In this document: positions 1 to 20,000 of the stretch, piece after piece | Numbering within the stretch: the stretch's first letter is position 1 | How the letters are laid out: each line of letters opens with the position of its first letter | NCBI RefSeq assembly: GCF_001186125.1 | Contig: NW_014040376.1 | Span: 72,434-92,433 of the forward strand | Reading direction: 5' to 3' | DNA: 20,000 nt | DNA from: Sphaeroforma arctica JP610 | Lineage: Eukaryota | The notes under the pieces: model-generated | Seen by the model: only the letters and a program-made list of their open reading frames with translations | Told to the model about the DNA's origin: nothing | Database searches by the model: none | Program-made: the position numbers and the translations under genes

Positions 1-2
1 AT

Positions 3-345
3 TCTAATCAACCCAAAGGTTGTTGGGGTTATGCCAAAACTTACGCTGGCATAATTAGGAATGAGAACCTCTCATCTGGTGGTTTCTTATTCTCTCCTGC
101 CGATAAGTGGTTCCAGACTACTGTACTCATATTTCCTGATGCCCGCTACGGGTGCATTATCATTTGGAAACTTGAGGGCAAGGACTACACTGATGTCCAC
201 AAGTACGGCGACCATTTCGGCCGCGGTGTTTTCCTAGGACGTTGTTCCATCTCTACTCCGGAAAAGTGGCTTATACAAAGTTTTAAACTCAAACTTTATT
301 CACGTAACGTCAAGTTCTTTCCCACTGAATTCCCTGAATGGTCCG
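3..345 (+). pseudogene. copia integrase C-terminal / SH3-like region
   Basis: Frame 3 reads SNQPKGCWGYAKTYAGIIRN...SPADKW...RYGC...RGVFLG...YSRNVKFFPTEFP, matching the copia pattern W..A...A....N, SP.E.W, FGC, GIFLGY, SR.V.F.E..FP. Confidence 0.85.
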
Positions 346-1349
346 CTGATGGTAAACGTTGTTCTCCTGGTACAACACCTTGTTCATATACTATCCCCCT
401 CGATTGGGCTGCAGACCTTCGAAAACGTGCTAAATCTATCCCTTTCATCTCCCCTTAACTCCCGGCCGTCGCCCATCATCACCTGGTATCTCCCAATGCT
501 ACCTCCACAACAACCGGCACTGCCCCGTCCTATATCAGTATTGTTCCTAAGGCTGTCCTTCCTCGTTATATGTCCGCTGTCTCACCAACAAATGGCAATC
601 CCCCTCCACCCTTACTTCCTCCTGTAGCAGCATTACCCTTAACACCTAAACAAACACCACCTGTCATTATGCCTACGCCATCTACTTTTCATACCGATCC
701 TAGTGATGATCATATTGACTTTATCTTTCCTAGTTCACCAGCACGTGTCATACCCCCCATGCCTACCGCAGTCCCACTTCCACGTCCACAGCCCGTGTAC
801 GTGGAACCTCGCGATCGACCGCTCCTCTCCGACACTCGCCGCATCGCTCAAGCCGAACCTCGCAACACTCCCCTACTTTCGGATCGCCCCCATTATCTAG
901 CACTACCGCCGCCTACGCCCCTTACATCTTACACACTCCCTCATTTCTTCACTTTGAGACCATGCTTCAAGAGCCCCACATCACGCTCCTTCTTGCTAAC
1001 ACTACACGTCATCAATGCACTGTTCCACCCCAGAAAAATTCTCGGTACCTACACCAATGCCGACATCCCATCCGTCCATTCTAACTCATCTGGATGAATA
1101 CATTCTCGCAGCTCGTTGCCGACACCGTGAACCCCCAGTCCCTTCAGTATTTCTCCCGAGCCCTCTGACTCACCGAGCCTCGCGTCCGAACCCTTATTCC
1201 TCTCTCTCCGCCTGATGATCACTCTATAGATTATCAAACCATATACGACTTCAGATCTGTTGATATCCACCCTTCTATCCGTTCTCTGTCCCAGACGACT
1301 GACTGCAATTTGTCTCGTCTTGACGCCGTCAATCTTCTATATCCCAAAA

Positions 1350-2110
1350 TCCCGAAGTATTAGGCAAGCCAAGTCTCAACTCGAATAGTCTAATTGGGAG
1401 GCAGCCATTAAGAAAGAACTTGTCGCCCGTGGCCGTAATGAACTCGCCGATCTTATACCTACAACCGACGTTCCACCCCGTATACGTGTTATACATTCAA
1501 AATATGTTTTTATCATCAAACATGATGAAAATGAAACTCCGACCATCTTTAAAGCTCGTCTCGTCGCCCGTGGTGACCAGCCACAACAAAGAGATTCATT
1601 TTGAAATACTTATGCCCCTGCCGCCACGTCATGTACTCTTCGTTCATTTTTCGCTAACGCGGCTTTCAACGATTTAGATGTTTTCCACATTGATGTGGAT
1701 ACAGCCTACTTGTATTTCCCACTCGACACACCGGTCTATATGTATTCCCCGCATGCAGCCTTGACTTGGGATACTACAAACCGCTTCACATTCTTCGTCT
1801 AACATGAGGTCTCTTTTACCACAAGCAGGCTGGTCGTCTCTGGAACATCGGCATCGCTGCCAAACTTAAAAGGTTGGATTTCATTCGATCCGATTATGAT
1901 GAGAGTATGTGGATTCATCGTACTCGCCCGATCATTGTCGTGCTTTACGTGGACGAAATTGTACCGGCCTTTCCACATGACTCTGGTGACAAACAGTGGC
2001 TCGCCAGCATTGAGCAAATTCTACAGCCTCAAATTCCTTGGCCTTGCTTTTCACCTTGTGGGTCTTCGAATTTGACAGCACGCCCACGGCATCACCATTG
2101 ATCAACATGC
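1350..2110 (+). pseudogene. copia-type reverse transcriptase (RVT_2-like), inactivated
   Basis: WEAAIKKEL, SKYVF, KARLVARG, TYAP, HIDVDTAYL, VYM, KQAGRLW; the catalytic YVDD reads YVDE; stops and frameshifts present. Confidence 0.93.
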
Positions 2111-2439
2111 GCACTTAAGGTCTCTCCTCAACGCGTTTCCCCTATCGAATACGTAAACCAAATACACACCAGGCAATGGGGATCATCCAGTCAATTTTGT
2201 CGAATTCCCAGCTCTTATCCGCCCAGGTTTCCGCCAGCTTTTAGGCGCACTCGGGCTTGCAGTCAATCTTACCCGTCTCGACACGACATCTCAGCTACCC
2301 TAAACCAACTCGCCTCTTTCGGTACGCAACCAACCGAGGCCCACATGCTAGCCCTCGAATGTATATTCCATTACCTCCGTAATACCTTGGACTATTCCAT
2401 TACTTATAAGCGCAAATTGTCCGATCAGACATTTGATTC

Positions 2440-2755
2440 TGCACTTATTGCTTGTACCGACTCGGATGGGGGGGGGTTGCCGAATGTCAGCCAATCGCAG
2501 ACCGATACACTTATTTGCTTACATGGCTCACCCATTTAACGGAAGAGCCATAAGCAGAATACCATCGCAATCAGCAGCTCGGAGGCTGAATACGTAGCTA
2601 TGTCTGAAACAACACGCAATATTGCGTGGGTGCGTACCATTGCTTCGGCCATGGCGATATCCATCACCAAACCCACCAACTCTTTTGCGACAACCAGTCC
2701 GCCATCAAAATTGCCCTCGGTACCGGAACCCCCAAAGGTATCCGGCACATCGCTA
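2440..2755 (+). pseudogene. copia-type RNase H, inactivated and truncated
   Basis: IACTDSDGGG (cf. YSDADWGG), GSPI*RKSHKQNTIAISSSEAEYVA, then after a frameshift FCDNQSAIKIA...RHI; the sequence switches to unrelated DNA right after RHI. Confidence 0.92.
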
Positions 2756-3634
2756 CTGGGCTGGCTTCTTGAAAGGATTCGTGTTTCCTTTAGAAGGACT
2801 GGTATTCTTTTCATTTTGATCACCGCGTGGATTGTGTCCGCGACCTTTGTCTCTATTCCAGTATTGGTTGGTCGTGTGGGCTGCTTGTCCCTTTTCGGTC
2901 GATTCACTTGTTGACGATTTGTATAATTTTAACTCGATGCTCCCTTGACGAGGGCAAACTTCTGCTTCTTTTGTATGACTACTCGAAATGTCTCGGCGTA
3001 TTATCCGGTGATGTCGCGGGCTTCGCGATGTTTGTTCTCGACCAGTGCTGATACAGCTGCGCCCACTTTAATGTAAATTAATATCGTAAATATGTAAAAT
3101 ATCTGAATTTAATTCACAGACAATCCCCTGTATTCCTGTAAGCTGTTATTTAGGGGTGTTACAGAAAGTTGCTGACTGATTCAAGCCTCGGAGGAGCAAT
3201 TTTTAGTGAGTAATATGGTCATTGGTTACCAATTCTGCCCCTCTCTCGTACCATCTTGGCGTGGTACTCGGGCAAGAGCGTATGCTGTCATTAAATTTTA
3301 CACACTGACAAAAAAAAAGTTTTACATGTTCGCCAGTGGTGACAGGATGCTCTGGTACTGCCTTGTTCTGGAACCACTGGGAAAATGCTAGGTTGTTGCG
3401 AATAGGGTGAGAACTACGATAGTTCATCAAGAATGTGGGATGGGAGTAGTCAGTGTGTAGATTGCCAGTGTTCGCAAAGGCCTGAAAGGCATTTGTTTGA
3501 GATCACAAGTCTGTGGTAGTCGGATCCTGGGCTAAGATTTCCAGTTGCGATGCCTGGAAGCCAACCTGGTTTTGCAAGACAGTGATGACACCTTGTTGTT
3601 GTTGCAGAAGTTGGCAAATTTCTTGGTCCGCCAT
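2753..3634 (-). mobile_element. Decayed gag-like ORF of a second retroelement, interrupted by a ~95-bp AT-rich insert
   Basis: From ATG 3634: MADQEICQLLQQQQGVITVLQNQV...DL*SQ...ITH*KLLLRGLNQSATF (N-terminal coiled segment plus an F/LxxGL-like gag motif). Beyond the insert, a polar/basic tail ends ...QYWNRDKGRGHNPRGDQNEKNTSPSKGNTNPFKKPAQ* (TAG 2755-2753). The gag call is inference from composition and one short motif. Confidence 0.5.
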
Positions 3635-4899
3635 ATTACGAGGTGATCTGCCGGGAGGAGTATAAAGTATACTCTAACGGTTGGCCGCGAGGAGAACAGA
3701 TGATTAGAAGGATTTTCTGTTCTTCACTCTTATACCCTAATAGGGTAAAAGTTCAAAGGAATCATGTGAGTGGAATGACAGAATGTGATATTATTCCAGG
3801 AACATGAAGACTTAACCTAAATAGCAATTGTAAAAATAAAGTCATTTTTATGTCGATCTTGTATATGTGCTTATGAACGGCTCTTGTATAGTGAGGCTGT
3901 GCGACCGAAATGCCGACGAATAGAAAATCACACGCACGAAATCAACATTGCAGGATATACATTCAAAGGTGGGCCGGATGTGCAATTACTTAGCAAACAC
4001 GATCAGTGGGATAGTACCAACTTATCCCGAAATATGAATGCGGCAACTAGCATTTTTTTTTGCGCCATCGTATTCTAATAATACATCCAGTCGATACCTT
4101 CTGGTTGGACTAACCGCCGGAATACTATACAACGCGCTATTTTGTAGCACACGCGACGTAACCGAGTGTCAAAACTATGTAAAAAATTGATATGACCATT
4201 GTTTTTGACCTCGTGCAATTTTGCGATGCCACGCGCCATCGAAGTGAGAGCAACAGCTATTATTGTGGTGAAAGAACGGTAGTTCGGAGTCACTGAATTT
4301 TTGTTCATAATCGCACCTCTTCCGGATCCCGCCCACGGCCTCCGCTTTCTGTTTGTCCAAGAAATATATAATAGAAGGAACCTGCATACGACTGGCACCG
4401 GTAGAATATTTGAATTTGTAAACACATACTCGTGCATGCCTAAGCACTAAAACTCCATTATTCAAACATGATTATTCAAAACAAAAAGTTGATTTAATTC
4501 AAAACAGTATTAAACATATCTGCTCAAATGTAATTAATGTGCTTTCATCGGGTATACAGGCATTAACTCTTCATACGGTAGTCGTCTCCCTCTAATTTTA
4601 TCTACTCGTGTACTCCTTTCGTCTTAAAACCATGTTTATCTCTACTCGCACGGTCGTAGACCTCGCGTATGATAATGGAAAATCCGTCCGAGGAGTCTGT
4701 GCAGATATAACACGTTTCTTGTATCTGGTCGGAGTCAAATCGCACGAGGTTTAGCAATCTGAGTGTACACGCACATTACATATATTCGGGTCTGCTCATT
4801 CTTTAATACTTTCTCCCATTCATTCGTGTGCAGTCGCACGTTGTGTGCATATGTTGTTATCCACTCCCGGCCCTAGCCTTACACGTGTTACCCGGCGTA

Positions 4900-16145
<11,246 letters not shown>

Positions 16146-16348
16146 CTACTCCAAGTTTCAAGAACTGACTGGAACAGCCCGACGTGACTGATACAGGAGA
16201 ACGTGATATAGGTGCTCTGGCTAGTTATCTCGGGTTTAGTGTCTCTGACCCTACTATGTCAATTTGTCTTTGCTTTGTACTGCTGACGGATTTGAGGGAC
16301 ATCTCCAGACGTAGTCACAGCAGCTTTTTAACAGAAACTGCTGGTTAT

Positions 16349-16683
16349 ACCATTCTATAAATACATTCTATACAGTAGTATATGTAATATAGGTCAACCA
16401 TTCAATAAATACATGCTGTACAGCAGTATATGTAAAATAGTTAAACCATCCAATAAATTCATTCTATACAGCAGTATATTACTACAGCAGCATATGTAAT
16501 ATAGTGGAACCATTCAATAAATGCATTCTATACAGCAGTATATGTAATATAGGTAAACCATTCAATAAATACATTAAATACAGCAGTCTATATAATATGG
16601 TTAAACCATTCAATAAATACATTCGATACAGCAGTACATGCAATATAGCTAAACTATTCAATCAATAGATTCTATACAGCAGT
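16349..16683. repeat. Diverged minisatellite, about 6.7 x 48 bp, consensus ACCATTCAATAAATACATTCTATACAGCAGTATATGTAATATAGGTAA
   Basis: Direct reading; the third unit carries an internal partial duplication. Confidence 0.97.
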
Positions 16684-17647
16684 CGATGACACAGTATTTA
16701 TAAGGAAGACTATGTTCGACCCGGAACTTGCATGTACACACACTAACGGGGCCACAAATGGATGCCAACAAGTGCCTCAAATTCAGTAGTTAGAAAAAGA
16801 TGTCGTGGATATGATTCTGATATAAATAGGAATGCGCCACTCAAATTTGAGAGTATACTATGAAGGACACGAAGCTTTCACGGAGCGCCGAGGAAATACG
16901 AGTGGTTGCGCTACTAACACGGCATATGAGACACTCGTGGTAGAACTTTTATTGTACCGATCGAGACGTTAGATAAAATATAGTATAGATATCCTCAGAA
17001 GTTATAGTATACTTTGCAAAGACGTGTCCAGCAGATACACAAATATACCTGTAGTATGGCGAAAAGAAATATTTACTGCCAGCTTTATTGTGCGTTAGGT
17101 GATTTAATGCTTTCATACTGCTTGCTGGAAGCGCAGAGATAGTCAATTAACACTATGCCTAAGATGTTATAAATGGATTGGTACTTGCACTCTCCAGCCT
17201 AATCTATCAGAGAACACCGAGTGTGATGTACAAGACCATGGTTGAAACAGTCGGCCAAGGGCTGCAGCCGAATATTTGTGTATGCAATTTCAAGAAACCA
17301 TCGCCAAATAGGACTGGATACGCAATGGCTTGTGCATGTATACAAATGGCGTATGTCCTATCTAGATATTAGAATCCCTTGACATTTGAGAAAGCTATCC
17401 GGAGTGCAAGAAAACAAAACAAAACACACACCCTCAGTTGAATGTACTGGTACGGACCGAGTTTCATCTATGTTGGCGTATACCTGTGCATTGGTGTAAC
17501 TTCATCAGCTAAAGTTGCCACATATGTATTTACTCTATCTGTTGCTGAGCCCAGACCGGTACAATTAGACATACCGGCACTGTGTGAAACTCCTCTCTCA
17601 CACACGTAGATGACCTTGTGTGTGTTTTATGGTCGCCTTGTTAATTG

Positions 17648-17695
17648 TACAAACTACTACACAAACTACCACGCAAACTACCACGCAACGCCACA
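17648..17695. repeat. Short 12-bp tandem repeat (CAAACTACCACG-like, 3-4 copies)
   Basis: Direct reading. Confidence 0.8.
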
Positions 17696-17971
17696 ACACT
17701 GCCCGACTATTCTATACAAACCCAACACTAAAGAACCTCAGCATACTAAATAAGTATGCACAGTGTGACTCTGGCCACCCTACTTGTTTACCAATATATA
17801 TCAATATATTTATATGAATATATCATATAGCCTTCTCAAATACATACTATGAAGTATGATATATATAAATATATATTTACTTGAAATATAGTGACTTTCG
17901 TGTGTGATAACTCCCCCTATATTTAGTAATTAGTTTCATCGATGATAAAAAGTTCTACCAATATAAAAATT

Positions 17972-18055
17972 TCTCCCCACCCGAAATCGAATCAGGGACC
18001 TACCGATTGATGTAACCACTACAGTCGGTTGCTCTACCAACTGAGCTATAGAGAA
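17972..18055 (-). tRNA. tRNA-Tyr(GTA) with an 11-nt intron (18008-18018); possibly a pseudogene
   Basis: TTCTCTA TA GCTC AGTTGGTA GAGC A ACCGA CT GTA G [tggttacatca] A TCGGT AGGTC CCTGA TTCGATT TCGGG TGGGGAG A. The cloverleaf folds, the intron is at the canonical 37/38 position, the discriminator is A73, and a T5 Pol III terminator follows. Confidence 0.93.
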
Positions 18056-19455
18056 GACGAACAGGTCTGAAGATGTAACAATAAATTATTTGAATTGAGT
18101 GAAGTTTTAAAGGTAAAACCGAGTATTGTTTTCAAGTGTCACTATTTATTGTGACCTATGGTGCACTCTCGTATATATAGGGTTTTGGGTAATTAATTTT
18201 CAAGTAGGAACCATCAATACTTTTTGGGTAATCAATTCAAGTATTTAGTAAACATAGAACCATCATTACTGGTCCGATTTAAAAAGAAATATTAGCTAGG
18301 TAGAGGAAATTTCTTAAAGTGATATTACTATGTAGATAAATAATGCGGAAGATACGTCTCTCACGTGAATTACTCATAAAATCCAACTCAATGAAGAATA
18401 CACTCTACGTACAGAGGTGGATCGCAGCGCTGATATGTGTCGAGAGACAAAGCTTAATGAAGATCACCACGTTCAGCGTTGCACGCAATTTTCATTCGGG
18501 AGTCCTAGTACCAACCCACACGACTTTATACTTGCACTGACGAGCGTATTACATTCCCTGCAAGGTTTGAGAAGCAACCCAAGCCCCTTCAAGCACAGAT
18601 ATTGACAGCTCTATGGCTTTAAGTGTTGACCATAAACCGACTACCGAAATCTACTGTGATTCTGCCACATACGCTCAGCCGAGACACCAGAATACCTGAC
18701 ACCGACGCTATCTGCATTGTGATTGTGTCAGCATAGAGTTATATCGGGATAGCAGTGCTTGGTAACCTACACTATTAATATTTGTTGATAGTATGACTTT
18801 ATTCTTATATTCGCTGAATGCAGAACGTATAACAGCATCTGAGTTTAGGGCTGTAGGTGTACGTTTGTTACTGCACCCTTGGCCGTGTAGTTAAATCGCA
18901 GATACGACACTAATACCTGCGGCCGGACCCATTGCTCTCAATAGTGTGCTCGGCATTTCTTTATCTACTATATTATGACTAATTTGAGTGCAGTACTGAC
19001 CCCTATCTCTTATACTTGCCTAGGGTGTGTGAAGGTGCTCATACATTAATTATCAGTTGGTCGATTGCACATCTATATTTCTTAAAAATTCCATCGGGGA
19101 CTTCACCTGTACCCTCAATGCCGAGTGGTGTGTTCCAACGTATCTATCTCTGCTGCCTCGTCCCCCCCATTCGTTGGGTTATCGCAGAGACTGTCCCCTG
19201 TTGAGGAGCCGAGGCTTGCCTCCACAGCTGGGTCTGCAATTATTTTCTTCTGTTTGGCTCGTTGGTTGGTTCCCCTCTGCGGTACTGACAGGGTATCGCG
19301 TGGCTCAGACTTTGGCTGCTCTGATGCTCCACTGGGAATGTAAATACGAGCCGTTTGCATGTTAGTCTGGTGATTGCGAAGCCAGTGCGACCCTATCGTA
19401 ATGTCGCGCCTGTTTCAAGTGAGGCAGTTTCTTTTTTAGAACGTTAGTTCGGAAC

Positions 19456-19587
19456 AGAACCAATTTTGGCATCGAATAGAACCAATTTCGGCATCGAATA
19501 GAACCAATTTTGGCAACGAATAGAACCAATTTCGGCATCGAATAGAACCTATTTTGGCATCGGATAGAACCTATTTTGGCATCGGAT
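19456..19587. repeat. Minisatellite, 6 x 22 bp (AGAACCAATTTTGGCATCGAAT)
   Basis: Direct reading. Confidence 0.98.
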
Positions 19588-19785
19588 ACAATCTATGTTG
19601 GCATATGGGACATATTTTCACCGTCTTGTGACCCAGGACCATCCCCAAGGCCAAAGACACAGAAATTGCACTGTTGCATCTACGAGGTTTACCACTCAGG
19701 GATACACCAATTGAATTGATGAATCGATTTGACTTGACCAATACGCTGGGCTGATGGTATAGAACGCCTTCAATCATACTAAGTC

Positions 19786-20000
19786 CGAAGTGAATCGTTG
19801 ACCTTATACATTCCTTCAATCCTAACAATATCGAGTACTTCGTTAACCATACTACGTTCGAAGTGAATTCATATCGTTGACCTTATACATTCCTTCAATC
19901 CTAACAATATCGAGTACTTCGTTAACCATACTACGTTCGAAGTGAATTCATATTGTTGACCTTATGCATTCCTTCAATCCTAACAATATCGAGTACTTCG
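19786..20000. repeat. Tandem repeat, 79-bp unit, at least 2.7 near-identical copies running off the window
   Basis: GTTGACCTTAT occurs at 19797, 19876 and 19955. Confidence 0.98.

Larger units (their letters stand above)
1..2755 (+). mobile_element. Degenerate Ty1/copia LTR retrotransposon pol remnant (IN C-terminus - Pro-rich linker - RT - RNase H); runs off the window at 5', truncated at 3'
   Basis: Manual translation gives copia motifs in copia order (IN before RT). IN: W.YA...A..IRN..SP..KW..YGC..GVFLG..SRNVKF..EFP (3-340). RT: KARLVARG (1551-1574), TYAP, HIDVDTAYL (1686-1712), KQAGRLW (1823-1843), LYVDE (1943-1957). RNase H: TDSDGGG (2456), SSSEAEYVA (2573), CDNQSAI (2686), RHI (2743). 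Multiple in-frame stops and frameshifts; no 3' LTR seen. Confidence 0.95.

Noticed and set aside
3884..4078. IAGYTFKGGPDVQL as a PD-(D/E)xK nuclease fragment
   Set aside because: Only a GxPD-like patch, with no following ExK motif or supported exon structure.
4543..4758. Minus-strand frame ending IKLEGDDYRMKS*, resembling the C-terminus of IstB/DnaC-like ATPases
   Set aside because: Short, has an internal TAG, and shows no Walker motifs.
18613..18650. MALSVDHKP resembles the PP2C LSxDHKP motif
   Set aside because: No ANxGDSR upstream and no E..RI...GG downstream in any frame I could read. A single short motif is insufficient; BLASTX would settle it.
19016..19828. Short overlapping ORFs near the window end as a gene or transposon
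   Set aside because: Mildly GC-rich and possibly exonic on the minus strand (19115-19360), but I found no recognisable motif or consistent exon chain.

Overview
Intron-rich eukaryotic genomic DNA with (CA)n/(TA)n microsatellites and one 20-N scaffold gap; the organism cannot be identified from sequence alone. 1-2755 (+) is a decayed Ty1/copia pol remnant (integrase C-terminus, Pro-rich linker, RT, RNase H). It abuts tail-to-tail a decayed gag-like ORF on the minus strand (2753-3634). About 4.9-16.1 kb (-) holds a multi-exon gene that the ORF track mostly misses. I reconstructed it by hand from GT-AG boundaries and codon phase: a long coiled-coil protein with a Ser/Thr/Pro-rich tail and a basic, NLS-like C-terminus. 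One exon contains a 21 x 42-bp minisatellite (7627-8507) that appears to have expanded from a two-heptad coding segment (KQLHNQLRNQNNIS) and now carries a frameshift and recurrent stops. An intron-containing tRNA-Tyr(GTA) with atypical pairs lies at 17972-18055 (-). Other tandem arrays have 71-, 48-, 22- and 79-bp units. No CRISPR array or prokaryotic system is supported. All gene models are manual, with no database search.
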